Assembly: GCA_019639175.1 (NCBI GenBank)
Contig: JAHBSK010000006.1
Coordinates: 124,709 to 188,708, forward strand
From: Acidobacteriota bacterium
GTDB taxonomy: Bacteria > Acidobacteriota > Blastocatellia > Pyrinomonadales > Pyrinomonadaceae
Direction: 5' to 3'
DNA: 64,000 nt
Part shown: one piece after another, positions 36,916 through 47,640 of the stretch
How positions within the stretch are numbered: the first letter of the stretch is position 1
Layout: each line of letters opens with the position of its first letter
Program-made: the position numbers and the translations under genes
Notes under the pieces: model-generated
Told to the model about the DNA's origin: nothing
What the model saw: the letters and a program-made list of their open reading frames with translations, nothing else
Databases searched by the model: none

Positions 36916-38817
36916 CTAGCCTTCGCCGTCAATGAATATTCGATGCCATATCTCAATATTCATAAGGCGAAAAAGCCGTGAAGCATGATCTTCGCCCGCA
37001 TTGTGTGCCGTCGCCAGTCGCCTCACATATTCGGCATCATATATGCCGCGCGAAAGACTACGTTCGCTCAGAACATATTCGTCAACAAGATGCCTGAATT
37101 CACCTTTCAACCAGTTTCCCATCGGCACGGGAAAGCCCATTTTCGGCCTGTTCAGTATTTCGGGCGGCAAAAGTCCCTTCATTGCCCGGCGCAGTATCCA
37201 TTTGGTTTCGCTGCCACGGATCTTCATTTTTTCGGGCAGGCGGGCGGCAAATTCGACAAGGTTGTGATCAAGGAACGGCACGCGGCTTTCTATGGATGCC
37301 GCCATCGACATTTGATCCTGTTTCATCAAAAGCTCGTGAAGATAGGTTTTTGTGTCGGCATATAGCAGCGTGTCCAGAATGTTCTGAGCGTCGGTTTCTC
37401 TCAGCCAATTTTGCAGGCGGAAATACGGGTTTTTCTCGCTGATCCGTGTCTTTGTTTCCTCTGAAAAAAGCCTGGTCTGCATCGTTTTGCCGAATATCGC
37501 AAAATTGTCGAAATAGATGTTCTCAATGTCCGCATCAAGAGCGAGGAAGGTGCGTTTCAGCTTTTTATTGAGCGTTGCAGGCAGTGCGGCAACGCCGGAT
37601 CTGACCGCTCCGCGAAGCATTTTGGGGGTATATGCCTCATATTTCTCGCCGTAATCAAGCAGCATCATCGCCTTTCGATAGCGGCCATATCCGCCGAGCG
37701 TCTCGTCGCTTCCCTCGCCGGTCAGCACAACCTTTACATGTTCCTGTGCCAGTTTTGATACGAAATAAAGCGGGACGGATGCCTCAAAACCGAGCGGCTC
37801 ATCCTCGTGCCAGACAAGGTTGGGCAACTCGGTAAAGAACTGTTCGGGCGTGATGGTTATTTCGTGATGATCCGTTTTATATCTTTCCGCAACCAGCCTA
37901 GCATACTCAAATTCATTCGCCTCGCGTTCCTTAAACCCGACGGAAAAGGTCTTTATCGGCTCGTCAACCATTTGCGACATGACCGCTGCTATTGCTGAGG
38001 AGTCTATGCCGCCGGAAAGGAACATGCCTAACGGGACATCTGACATCAGCCGCAGGCGTACTGATTCGCGGAACAGGTCGAGCCATTCCTCGATCCAGTC
38101 AGCGTCTGTTCGCCGTGATCCGTTTAGTTTTGGCTCAAATGCCAGATCCCAGTATTGCTCTATTCCTATTTTCCCATCCTTCCACGTCAGTGTATGACCG
38201 GGCAGGAGGCGTTTTATGCCGGCGAATAAAGTTTGATCATCCGTTGTGCCATGGTTAGCGAGATAGTCGGGCAATGCAGCGTAGTTCAATGCAGGTTTCA
38301 ATGCTCCGGCCTGAATGATCGCTTTTATTTCAGAGCCGAAGTAGAAGCTGCCGTCGTCAGCCAGGTAATAGTAAAGCGGTTTTACGCCCAGACGGTCGCG
38401 GGCTATGAAGAGTTCCTGCTTTTTGTCGTCCCAGATCGCAAACGCGAACATTCCACGGAACTTATGCACGCAATCGGGGCCGTATGCCTCGTACGCTTTT
38501 AGTATGGTTTCGGTGTCGGATGTAGTGTGAAATCGTATGCCTCTTTCGGCAAGGTCAGGGCGGAGATCCATGTGATTATAGACCTCGCCGTTATAGACAA
38601 TGACCGCTGAGCGGTCTTCGTTGAACATCGGCTGTTGGCCGGTTTTTAGATCGACTATGGACAAACGCCGATGGCCGAGGCCGACATTGTTCCTGACAAA
38701 AAGCCCTTCTTCATCAGGCCCGCGGTGGCGCAAAACGTCGCGCATGCGGACAAGAGTGTCCGCATCCACGCTGCGTCCCGATGCAGCCGGGTATATTATT
38801 CCGTTAATTCCGCACAT
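36916..38817 (-). CDS. asparagine synthase (glutamine-hydrolysing) family amidotransferase, EPS-locus type
   Basis: 633 aa. N-terminal nucleophile MCGINGII, GATase-II segment (RGPDEEGLF...HRRLSIVDL) and PP-loop FLSGGIDSSAI. Confidence 0.9.
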   Translation of the reverse strand: MCGINGIIYPAASGRSVDADTLVRMRDVLRHRGPDEEGLFVRNNVGLGHRRLSIVDLKTGQQPMFNEDRSAVIVYNGEVYNHMDLRPDLAERGIRFHTTSDTETILKAYEAYGPDCVHKFRGMFAFAIWDDKKQELFIARDRLGVKPLYYYLADDGSFYFGSEIKAIIQAGALKPALNYAALPDYLANHGTTDDQTLFAGIKRLLPGHTLTWKDGKIGIEQYWDLAFEPKLNGSRRTDADWIEEWLDLFRESVRLRLMSDVPLGMFLSGGIDSSAIAAVMSQMVDEPIKTFSVGFKEREANEFEYARLVAERYKTDHHEITITPEQFFTELPNLVWHEDEPLGFEASVPLYFVSKLAQEHVKVVLTGEGSDETLGGYGRYRKAMMLLDYGEKYEAYTPKMLRGAVRSGVAALPATLNKKLKRTFLALDADIENIYFDNFAIFGKTMQTRLFSEETKTRISEKNPYFRLQNWLRETDAQNILDTLLYADTKTYLHELLMKQDQMSMAASIESRVPFLDHNLVEFAARLPEKMKIRGSETKWILRRAMKGLLPPEILNRPKMGFPVPMGNWLKGEFRHLVDEYVLSERSLSRGIYDAEYVRRLATAHNAGEDHASRLFRLMNIEIWHRIFIDGEG

Positions 38818-38845
38818 AAGCCAAGGCCATTCAGGGCGTCATACG

Positions 38846-39220
38846 CTATTCGGTTCGGCCGAAATCGTCCTCATAACGGACTATATCATCTTCGCCAAGA
38901 TAATCGCCTCGTTGAACCTCGATAAAGACAAGAAGCTGGTCGCCGGGATTTTCAACGCGATGTGCCGCCTCCAAAGGAATATCGATCGCCTCACCCGCCG
39001 TTTTCTCAATAACATCGCCGTCAAGCGTGATCCGCGCGGTTCCGGCAACGACATACCAGTGTTCCGCCCGGCGAAAATGCTTTTGATAGCTCAGGCGTTT
39101 TCCGGGAAGAACCTCGATACGCTTTACCTTGTAACCGTCAGCTTCATCGAGGACAGTAAAACTGCCCCAGGGACGCTGGTCAAAGGTAGGGAAGTTATCG
39201 TTTTCCATTTCGCTGCTCAT
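38846..39220 (-). CDS. stand-alone cupin, mannose-6-phosphate isomerase type II C-terminal-domain-like
   Basis: The track ORF runs to 39295, but I prefer ATG 39220 (MSSEMEND...). RPWGSFTVLDEADGYKVKRIEVLPGKRLSYQKHFRRAEHWYVVAGTA...AAHRVENPG matches the PMI/GMP cupin domain. There is no nucleotidyltransferase domain. Confidence 0.75.
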   Translation of the reverse strand: MSSEMENDNFPTFDQRPWGSFTVLDEADGYKVKRIEVLPGKRLSYQKHFRRAEHWYVVAGTARITLDGDVIEKTAGEAIDIPLEAAHRVENPGDQLLVFIEVQRGDYLGEDDIVRYEDDFGRTE

Positions 39221-39313
39221 ATTCCCAATCCCAATATGTATCCTTTCAACGCGTAATTTCCTTCGGTCTTTTTTTGTCAGAGCCACTCCGATCACACAGA
39301 AAACGAGATTATA

Positions 39314-41284
39314 TCAGTTTCGTGTTACTTCAGTAATAACACTGATATTTCCTTTGCCGGAAATGGTATAGACGATCTTTTGCGTCGTTATTTGCTTACC
39401 GTAAACGGGCGAGATCTCCCAGTCCACTTTTGACCAAATTCCTTGATCTGTGGCCTCACCGCCGCCTGCTCGGGTTCGCAATACTGCCTGCCACGTTGGC
39501 CGTTCAGGGTCAGAAAATCGCACTTCTGTTCCGACGACCTCTGCTTTTATGCCCGCGGCAAGGATGAAATGTATGTCAAATTTGTTTTCCCTATCGCTTT
39601 CAACCGTGTCCGTTATGGTAAAACCCCTGCTTTTGTCATGAACCACTTGTCGTTCATATTTGACCCCGAACTGTTCAAATCCGTCATGGCTGCCTGAAAA
39701 TCGGACATTCTCGCCTTCCACGCTCCAATGCATTAAACGGGCATTTGCCATGGTTTTCCAGGAGAATGGGCCGTTTGTCGTTGAAGACGATTCGCCGTTG
39801 ACCGTCAGGCAATTATGTGCGGCGGATGAACGGTACTTATCACGTGCCGCAAGGTCGGATGTATAAACATACGTCCCAGAATCGACAAATAACGGTCTGC
39901 CTCCGATAGTTACAATAACTCCCAGAGCATCGGCGTGAGCATGGCCGGCATTCATAAACCCGTGAGGGCCGCAATCAATAAGTAGGTGGTCGGCGTCGCT
40001 TTTCCATGAACTTCGGCTGGTAAAAATGCCTCCGTCATGAAAGGCTTTTGTACATGTTTCAGGTTTACGAGGTTCGATCTCCTCGAACTTTTTCAGGCCA
40101 TCTTCGCCAAGCAGGAACAGCAGTTCGCGGGTCGGTTCTTCGGCAACATATTTTAGGTCACCGCGTTCGAACAGCACTGCTCCCAACGCCAGAGCAGGGC
40201 GCATATCAGAGATCGGCCGGTCGTCGAAAAAGTAAAATTTTCCGCCGTCGTCATCTCCAAAAAGCGGCGTTTCTCCGTCGGGTTGCGTCAGGTGCATCAG
40301 ATATGTATGAAGCAACGCCAGCTTTTCCCGATGCTTAGGCTCTATTGGCAGGCCTTCACGTTGGCGCAAGATCATCAGTGTCGCATAGAAATCTGCCGTG
40401 TATCTGGCATAATGGCTGGCCTGTTCGCAATACGAGCCGTCATCTAAAATGTGAACATCCAGCATGTCCATCATTATCTTATAACCCTTTTCTTTCCAAC
40501 GCTTGGCCTCTTTTATTCCCGGCATGAATGTTCCGATAAAATACAGCCCAAGAGCCTCACCGGTCAAATGTGTGTTCGGGGCGAAGTAAGTTGAAAGATA
40601 TGTCTCGATATGCCGGGCGTTGAGGTACAAGAACTTGAGCATTTTTTTGCGAGTTTCCTGCCCAAAGTTATGCGATTCCCGAAAAAGATAATAACTCAAT
40701 ATCCATGAGATAGAGCGAAGCGCAAGCTCCAGGCTCGAAAGCCAGTTTACGCCGATCTTTGGCGGGTTCTCCTCGAACCAGCTTTCAAGATGCCTGACAA
40801 AAACTTCCGCATACCGCTCATCTCCCGTCAGCCAATACGCCTGTCCCAGCGTCACAAAATACTGATGCCGGTTCAGCTCCCAGATCACCTTTTTATCGCC
40901 GGTCTGGTCAGAGCTGACCTCATCTATCCGCGACCAATGCACCCTCGGAGACCTTCTGCCCGACACCGGATCAAAATGCCAGTCCGGAACCGCCTCACCA
41001 AACCACAAGCCCCCCAAACCAAGCAGATCCAACTTGCCTTCACAAATTCGCCCGGCTTTGGTCAAGATATATTCTTTTTCACGGTGAGAGATAAGTTTGG
41101 CGGGCTTATTCTGATCAGCCAAGACAGGGAAGATGGCGGAATTAATTATTACAGATTCCCCAAGATCAGGAGCATCAAAACGGCTATGACCAAAGCGTTC
41201 GGTCGCCATTGCCACTCCCTGTCTAAGGCGTTCGGCCAATTCCTTCGGACTTCTGCCCTTTAATTTGCTTAGCTTACCTGCCAT
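39314..41284 (-). CDS. heparinase II/III-family protein (alginate-lyase-like N-domain + Hepar_II_III C-domain)
   Basis: 656 aa. DWHFDPVSGRRSP, VIWELNRHQYFVTLGQAYWLTGDERYAEVFVRHLESWFEENP, GVNWLSSLELALRSISW, GHAHADALG. Confidence 0.85.
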   Translation of the reverse strand: MAGKLSKLKGRSPKELAERLRQGVAMATERFGHSRFDAPDLGESVIINSAIFPVLADQNKPAKLISHREKEYILTKAGRICEGKLDLLGLGGLWFGEAVPDWHFDPVSGRRSPRVHWSRIDEVSSDQTGDKKVIWELNRHQYFVTLGQAYWLTGDERYAEVFVRHLESWFEENPPKIGVNWLSSLELALRSISWILSYYLFRESHNFGQETRKKMLKFLYLNARHIETYLSTYFAPNTHLTGEALGLYFIGTFMPGIKEAKRWKEKGYKIMMDMLDVHILDDGSYCEQASHYARYTADFYATLMILRQREGLPIEPKHREKLALLHTYLMHLTQPDGETPLFGDDDGGKFYFFDDRPISDMRPALALGAVLFERGDLKYVAEEPTRELLFLLGEDGLKKFEEIEPRKPETCTKAFHDGGIFTSRSSWKSDADHLLIDCGPHGFMNAGHAHADALGVIVTIGGRPLFVDSGTYVYTSDLAARDKYRSSAAHNCLTVNGESSSTTNGPFSWKTMANARLMHWSVEGENVRFSGSHDGFEQFGVKYERQVVHDKSRGFTITDTVESDRENKFDIHFILAAGIKAEVVGTEVRFSDPERPTWQAVLRTRAGGGEATDQGIWSKVDWEISPVYGKQITTQKIVYTISGKGNISVITEVTRN

Positions 41285-42382
41285 CTATTTGTTCGCCAAC
41301 TCCCTGTAAACACACAACCATTGATCGCGTACGTTTTCCCACGAATACCGTTTGACCTCTTCCTGTGCGCTTTTTATTATGCCCTGAGCAAACTCATTGT
41401 CCCTCAACAGCCTCAATGCCGCTTCGGCCAAAGCCTCGTGATCGTCAATATCAACCAATAACCCCGTCCGCTCATTTTCAACAATATAAGGAATGCCCCC
41501 GGCATTGGTCGAAACAACCGGCAACCCTGCAGAAAAAGCCTCGAGCAGAGAAAGCGGCATATTGTCAATGCTGGATGCGTTTAGATAAATATCTGATTCT
41601 GCGTAAATGGCAGGCATCTCGGTCGGGTCGATGGCCCCGCGAAAATCAATATTTTTTAGTCCTAGCTCAGCGGACAGATCTTTTAGCAAAGTATTCTGAG
41701 AGCCATCTCCTACGACGATCAGCGATGAGTCCGGTACCATTGATTGTATAAGCTTAAAGGTACGTAAAGTGCAAGTGATATTGTAATGAGGCTCAAAATT
41801 CCGGTTTGAAAGAAAGATCGGTTTTAATGGATCGCGCTTTCGAAAAGTGAAGCTGTCAGTATCGACAAAATTGAAAATCTCCTTTGCAGGAAGATCAAAA
41901 GTTCTAAAAACATCAACCAAATATGCAGAGGGAACAATTGTTTTGTCGAATTGCTTTATTGTAGGGATCGCAGTTTTTTTCCAGCGAGTAAGATGGTCTG
42001 CCGCTTCACCGCTATGATAATTAAGAATTGTAGGTTTTCCAAACAGTTTTGCAATCAGCAAGGCCGGTGACGGGCTAATAACGAATGATGTATATGACGC
42101 TGAAAATACGTGAAGCACGTCATATTTTGGAACCGCGCAGAGGAGATCGAATACGTATTTTAATAAGGTTACTGCTGTTCGGATATATTTTATATTCTGA
42201 AGACGCGGTAAAAACACAGGATTGATCGATTGTATATCCATCCTGATACCCGGTTCCAGCCTCATCATCTTCCACAATCGGTTTGCCTGAACAGTCTGTC
42301 CGCCAATGATCGGCAGAGTTGCAGCTATCAGGAGAACACGTATAGGCGGGTTCGGTGCTTTTATGTCAGAGGCTTCGGACAT
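41285..42382 (-). CDS. glycosyltransferase family 4 (GT-B, retaining type)
   Basis: 365 aa. C-terminal signature NMPLSLLEAFSAGLPVVSTNAGGIPYIVENERTGLLV. Its stop abuts the next gene's start. Confidence 0.85.
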   Translation of the reverse strand: MSEASDIKAPNPPIRVLLIAATLPIIGGQTVQANRLWKMMRLEPGIRMDIQSINPVFLPRLQNIKYIRTAVTLLKYVFDLLCAVPKYDVLHVFSASYTSFVISPSPALLIAKLFGKPTILNYHSGEAADHLTRWKKTAIPTIKQFDKTIVPSAYLVDVFRTFDLPAKEIFNFVDTDSFTFRKRDPLKPIFLSNRNFEPHYNITCTLRTFKLIQSMVPDSSLIVVGDGSQNTLLKDLSAELGLKNIDFRGAIDPTEMPAIYAESDIYLNASSIDNMPLSLLEAFSAGLPVVSTNAGGIPYIVENERTGLLVDIDDHEALAEAALRLLRDNEFAQGIIKSAQEEVKRYSWENVRDQWLCVYRELANK

Positions 42383-42397
42383 TCTATAAGAATAATT

Positions 42398-43540
42398 TTA
42401 ACGAGAAACCTTTTCCAGACTGTCATTATATAGACTTAGTGTTTTTTCAAGCTGAGCCTTAAGAGAGAATTTCTCTAAAGCCCGCTGTCTGCCGAGTTCA
42501 CCAAATTCGACTACCGATCTCTTGTCGTTCAAAAGGAACAATATTTTTTTACTTAAGGCTTCATCATCATTTGATTCAACCAGAAACCCAGTTTCGCCTG
42601 ATCGAACAGCTTCTGAAGCTCCGCCAACGTCAGTAGCCACAACGGGAAGCCCAGCGGCCATATACTCGATGATAGAATTTGAAAAACCTTCGGCATACGA
42701 TGTCAGCACACCTATGGACGAGATCTTTAGAAGATCAGGGACATTAGAACATCTGCCGATAAAATGGACATTGTTCGCAATACCCATGGCATTTGCCGAT
42801 TCCATCAAACTATCGGCAAGCGGGCCTTCTCCGGCAAGGACAAAGTGTACACTACTTGACTTTTTGATGACCCTTGAAGCCGAGCGGAGAAACATTGGAT
42901 GATTCTTTACCTCATGGCGCAGATTAGCCACCATTGTAACGAAACGGATATTGTCATTACCGGGAAGATGTAGGTCTTCAGCTATTTTTTGCCTATCAGC
43001 TTTTGACGGGCGGAGTCGATCAACATCCAAACCATTGTAAATGAGTTTTATCGTATCAGGCCCGATACCCCGATCCTTCAAAAGGGACACAACGGCGTTA
43101 GAGTTGACCACTATGGCATGAGACATGCTAAAAACCGCGCCCTCGAACCTATCCTGCATCGGGCTGCGAAGGCCCAGTGTTTCTCGTTTTGAGGAGATAC
43201 GAACCGGCGTGCGTGCCAGCCAGGCAGCAATATTGCCAAAAATATTTGTGTAGAAATCGTGAGTATGCACTATGTCGATCCGATTTGTACGTAGAAATCT
43301 GGCACAACGCCTCAATTGTCTGAGGAAATTCGCATCGTAGAAGGATCTAAGAGGGAATTCAGGGATGTCGTGCAAATTGGGAGAAGACAGATCATCAAGG
43401 AGGGTTCCGGATCTATCCAATGTGACAGGATAAACTTCCACAGAGCCGTCTTGTGAAAGCAAGTTCATTAACTGAACCGCTTGTCTCTCAGAACCTCCCT
43501 GATGAAAACTTCCGGTAAAATGGGCTACTCGCGGTTTCAT
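42398..43540 (-). CDS. glycosyltransferase family 4
   Basis: 380 aa. GGSERQAVQL N-terminal motif and EGFSNSIIEYMAAGLPVVATDVGGASEAVRSGETGFLV. Confidence 0.85.
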   Translation of the reverse strand: MKPRVAHFTGSFHQGGSERQAVQLMNLLSQDGSVEVYPVTLDRSGTLLDDLSSPNLHDIPEFPLRSFYDANFLRQLRRCARFLRTNRIDIVHTHDFYTNIFGNIAAWLARTPVRISSKRETLGLRSPMQDRFEGAVFSMSHAIVVNSNAVVSLLKDRGIGPDTIKLIYNGLDVDRLRPSKADRQKIAEDLHLPGNDNIRFVTMVANLRHEVKNHPMFLRSASRVIKKSSSVHFVLAGEGPLADSLMESANAMGIANNVHFIGRCSNVPDLLKISSIGVLTSYAEGFSNSIIEYMAAGLPVVATDVGGASEAVRSGETGFLVESNDDEALSKKILFLLNDKRSVVEFGELGRQRALEKFSLKAQLEKTLSLYNDSLEKVSR

Positions 43541-43549
43541 CCCAAAACC

Positions 43550-44737
43550 TTAATCGGCCGAGCTTGTCTCACTGTTGGATTCGCTCGAAACCTGATTCTT
43601 CATGATTGACTTTAACCGATAATCACGGAATTGTCCCGGCGAACCGGAGTTGCCGTCAATGGCCGCCATGATGATATTGAATGTTTCGCGGGCCGATGTG
43701 AAATGCACATCATATTCACCTGTCTTCTGGCCGTACTCAATGATCTCTGAGAAAAATCTTTTGGCTCCGTCGCCTATACAGGCATCCTGGTCATGATCAA
43801 AGAACCCGTGGCAATGCAGTTTGATAAATATCCAATCGGGGCGGTTTTTCACAGTGACATTCGCCCTCATCCATCTTCTTACGCGAGGTATATCCATAGG
43901 CCGGAAATGAGCGAGTTCTCCGTTTTCGAGTTTAGGCAGGGGCAGACCCCTTGTCCGATCTGTCCAGTCAAACATCAGCGGACCGGTGACAATAACAGGC
44001 AATTTCGGCTGGCCCCCATTGACTTTAAGTCTGTGTCCTTTTCTGTGTGCCGCCCTCTCATCCAAAGAAAACGCACATTCATATATTGAATTGAGCATTG
44101 GTACCTGGCTTCGGTCAGGGGCAGAGGGGAGTGTCATGTCTGCATAACATCCGGTTTCTTGTAATATCTGAAGTTCGTTATCAACTCCGCATGCATAACC
44201 ATCGGCCGAATTACCTAGTGTCCAGTTTCCGTGAACAAAGGCATACATCGGAGAGCCTTTGCCATCCATCAGCGAAAGACACTTGTGATCCTCTGCAAGT
44301 CGATCGCGAAAGTCAACCAACTGATTACGCAGATTTTCCTCAGTATCCGGCTTGTCAACCCCGTGGTGAAGGTGTACTTCAACCTCACCCAAACCTTCGC
44401 GCTGGAGATCGGCCATCGTATCTAAAAGGCCGCGATCATATTGTTCCGCAGGGTAGAAATTAGTGTGGCGGAACTTAGTTCCATCCACATCACGAACCTC
44501 TTCACCAATCTTACGTGCCATAAGGCACCATTCATCAAGCCGGCGGTGTTGAGTGTCGATGTCATGAAGCCCGCTTTCCTTCCACGCCGGCTCAAAATGG
44601 TTTGCGATGGAAAATATGAGATGCTTTTTTCCGTCGCCATTGCCACCGAGAAGTGTTTTTGTCCTTACTAATGGATAGCGAACAAGCCAAGGAAGGGAAT
44701 GCCTTATTTGAGAAAAAAAGTTACTGTTTACTTGCAT
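43550..44737 (-). CDS. hypothetical protein (possible deacetylase/hydrolase-like metal-binding fold)
   Basis: 395 aa inside the operon, with a 1-nt TAATG overlap with the upstream gene. His/Asp-rich segments: HLIFSIANHFEPAW, EVEVHLHHGVD, FVHGNWTLGNS, IKLHCHGF. No family identified with confidence. Confidence 0.5.
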   Translation of the reverse strand: MQVNSNFFSQIRHSLPWLVRYPLVRTKTLLGGNGDGKKHLIFSIANHFEPAWKESGLHDIDTQHRRLDEWCLMARKIGEEVRDVDGTKFRHTNFYPAEQYDRGLLDTMADLQREGLGEVEVHLHHGVDKPDTEENLRNQLVDFRDRLAEDHKCLSLMDGKGSPMYAFVHGNWTLGNSADGYACGVDNELQILQETGCYADMTLPSAPDRSQVPMLNSIYECAFSLDERAAHRKGHRLKVNGGQPKLPVIVTGPLMFDWTDRTRGLPLPKLENGELAHFRPMDIPRVRRWMRANVTVKNRPDWIFIKLHCHGFFDHDQDACIGDGAKRFFSEIIEYGQKTGEYDVHFTSARETFNIIMAAIDGNSGSPGQFRDYRLKSIMKNQVSSESNSETSSAD

Positions 44738-45438
44738 TATTTGATCTTCTCTATGACGTATGATCTGGCCTCGCCGTCCTGACTAAGCTCATTTTTTACT
44801 ATCTGCATATTCAAATGCCGCAGTTCCTTCTTGAGCAATCCAGTGGTTTGGAATATCTCTTTGCCTTTCCATAGTCCGCGTTCAAGCTGCCTTCCGGTAA
44901 TCCAATGCCATGTTCCACCTATAAAACAGATTATCGGATACGCTATTCCCTTCAGGCTCATCTCACGAGACCGTCTTATCATCATTCCTAAATAGAAATT
45001 CGGTGTGTGAGTTCGCAGAAGCAATACTCCGCCTGGCCGGATTACTCGTGACATCTCAGCAATAGCTCTTCTATTGTTCATATAAGGCAAGGCAACCCTG
45101 CATATGACTACATCAAATGTATGATTGTCAAAGGGTATTTCTTCACCTCGCGAACATATAAAGGCAGGCATTATAGAATAATGTTTTTCTGCTAAATACT
45201 TCCTAAATATTCTACCTGCTGATTCTTCGACATCAACGCCTATGCACAGAACACCCTCCATATCTGCAAAAGGCAATAATTCTTGCCCGGCACCGCAACC
45301 TACATCGAGGATGTTATTTATTGTGAGGTCAGACACTTCATTTACAAGATATTCACAGCGTGTATCCTGATTAGCCTTAAACTTTCCGACCTCATTTTCA
45401 AGGTATTTTATGTACTGGTTTTCTTTGTTTGAGGTCAT
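44737..45438 (-). CDS. class I SAM-dependent methyltransferase
   Basis: 233 aa. SAM motif I ILDVGCGAGQELLPF and post-I GVDVEE. Confidence 0.8.
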   Translation of the reverse strand: MTSNKENQYIKYLENEVGKFKANQDTRCEYLVNEVSDLTINNILDVGCGAGQELLPFADMEGVLCIGVDVEESAGRIFRKYLAEKHYSIMPAFICSRGEEIPFDNHTFDVVICRVALPYMNNRRAIAEMSRVIRPGGVLLLRTHTPNFYLGMMIRRSREMSLKGIAYPIICFIGGTWHWITGRQLERGLWKGKEIFQTTGLLKKELRHLNMQIVKNELSQDGEARSYVIEKIK

Positions 45439-45624
45439 AATTAACCTATATACTTAATTCTAATAAAATCAAAAAAAGTGTTATTGATACCCGAGAACGG
45501 CGTATCGTTTACGGACATCCGAGCCTCTGAATAGATCTCGACTCATATAGAAGTTTGATTATATCTGATGACGTTAAACATAATTTCCCATTGCCAAAAG
45601 CACTTATAGTCAAATGCAAAAAGA

Positions 45625-47505
45625 TCAGGAATCAACAAATCTCTGATGCCACAGCTCGAGCATAAATAATGACCAGAGGGCATAAGAGTTATCACGACGG
45701 TTTCGACTATGTTCGTTAAGAATGGTTTCGATATATCTTCGATCAAAATATCCGCGATTCATCGCATTGCTACCCAAAAGAGTTTCCTGCATCCTGTATC
45801 TCAATTTATTATTTATCCATTCTACTATAGGCACTCCAAATCCTTGTTTTTTTCTGTACAGTATTTCATGCGGAACAATGCCTTCCATTGCCTTCTTAAG
45901 TATATATTTAGTTTCAATACCCTTAAGTTTCAGATTTATCGGTATTTTGCCTGCAAGATCTATTACATCCTGATCCAGCAGAGGAGATCGGGCCTCAAGA
46001 GAATTTGCCATTGTCATACGGTCAACTTTTGTCATTATGTCGCTTGGAAGATAAGTTTTGGAATCAAGATATAGCAATCTTTCCAAGCCGCCTGTCGAGC
46101 CTGCTTTTTGAGTAATTTGCCTAAACACACTTTCTGGCGACGAATGACCTCCATTTAAACAATGCAGCATGTCATCTGTATAAAGCTGGTTCCGTTGCGG
46201 CAAGTTAAAATGTGACAAAAGATCAATATATTGGTCTATTGGATCAAGTGAGACGTTATACAGAAAATTTTTTCCTAGAGCAGCATGAGGTAATGCACTA
46301 CTAAGCTGTCTGATCAATTTCCTAATCGGTAACGGTATATTCGCAAAAGGTTTTCTGTTCTTGTGAACTGCATATCGAGTATAACCCCCAAATAGCTCAT
46401 CCCCTCCATCACCTGAAAGCACGACCGTAACGTACTCGCGGGCCAATTTTGAAACAATAAATGTCGGGAGAGCGGATGAATCGGCAAATGGCTCGTCAAA
46501 GTGCCAGACTATCTGATCTACAATATCTACAAGATCGGGCGTGACTATGAACTCATGGTGATCGGTTCCGTATTTCTTAGCGGCAATCCGTGCATATTTC
46601 AATTCATTGAAGATGTCCTCATTAAACCCAATAGAAAACGTTTTTACCGGTTCCGATGACATTTGTGACATCATTGCGACAACCGTCGATGAATCTATTC
46701 CGCCCGACAGGAAGGCACCTAGCGGCACCTCTGAAATAAGCCTTACTTTTACTGCATCCCGTATCCGTTCACGAAGCTCATCTATATAATCCGATTCGCT
46801 GCGAGGTTCTGATACGGTTTCTGTGTTGAAGTCCCAATATTGTGCTGTGGAAACCTGTTGGTTTTGAAATGTAAGCGTGTGGCCGGGAGCCAGCTTATGG
46901 GTTGATCTAAAAATACAGCGACTTTCAGGGACATAGCCAAAAGTTAGATATGAATCGAGAGCTAACGGGTCTATGTCCCGCTCGATTCCGGGATAAAGCA
47001 TTACGGATTTAAGCTCTGAGCCAAAAACAAAGGATCCATCCGGGGCAATGGCATAAAAGAGTGGTTTTTTACCCACTCGGTCACGCGCCATGAACAATTT
47101 TTCTTCTCGAAAGTCCCAGATCGCGAAAGCAAACATACCTCGCAGATGAGCGACACACTCCGCGCCAAATTCCTGGTATGCATGAAGAATAGTTTCCGTG
47201 TCTGAATTTGTTTTGAATCTGTATCCTCGGCCCTCCAGCCGCAATTTTAACTCTCGATAGTTATATATCTCGCCATTGAAAACTATCGCTAACCGCATAT
47301 CCTCTGTAAAGATCGGCTGCTGACCGGTCTTGAGGTCTATTATAGAAAGCCGCCTCATACCCATGGCCGCTCGACCCCGTACGATCGCTCCTTGCTCATC
47401 AGGCCCACGATACGTGATTACACTACACATCGCATCAAGAAGAACCTCCCGAGGCTCTATATGCTTATCTTTGTCTTGGGATATAAATCCGGCAATTCCA
47501 CACAT
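45625..47505 (-). CDS. asparagine synthase (glutamine-hydrolysing) family amidotransferase, second paralogue
   Basis: 626 aa. MCGIAGFIS nucleophile, RGPDEQG, RRLSIIDL and PP-loop FLSGGIDSSTV. Confidence 0.9.
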   Translation of the reverse strand: MCGIAGFISQDKDKHIEPREVLLDAMCSVITYRGPDEQGAIVRGRAAMGMRRLSIIDLKTGQQPIFTEDMRLAIVFNGEIYNYRELKLRLEGRGYRFKTNSDTETILHAYQEFGAECVAHLRGMFAFAIWDFREEKLFMARDRVGKKPLFYAIAPDGSFVFGSELKSVMLYPGIERDIDPLALDSYLTFGYVPESRCIFRSTHKLAPGHTLTFQNQQVSTAQYWDFNTETVSEPRSESDYIDELRERIRDAVKVRLISEVPLGAFLSGGIDSSTVVAMMSQMSSEPVKTFSIGFNEDIFNELKYARIAAKKYGTDHHEFIVTPDLVDIVDQIVWHFDEPFADSSALPTFIVSKLAREYVTVVLSGDGGDELFGGYTRYAVHKNRKPFANIPLPIRKLIRQLSSALPHAALGKNFLYNVSLDPIDQYIDLLSHFNLPQRNQLYTDDMLHCLNGGHSSPESVFRQITQKAGSTGGLERLLYLDSKTYLPSDIMTKVDRMTMANSLEARSPLLDQDVIDLAGKIPINLKLKGIETKYILKKAMEGIVPHEILYRKKQGFGVPIVEWINNKLRYRMQETLLGSNAMNRGYFDRRYIETILNEHSRNRRDNSYALWSLFMLELWHQRFVDS

Positions 47506-47640
47506 TGAATCTCTTTTTCTGGCTGAAAGTGTTTATGTCACGATTATATAGTCATCAAGTGGGTATCCAGTATCATGAGCAGAAGATCTTTTCGATCAAC
47601 ACTTTTTCGTCTGTTTCTCTCATATTTACATACTCGACAA

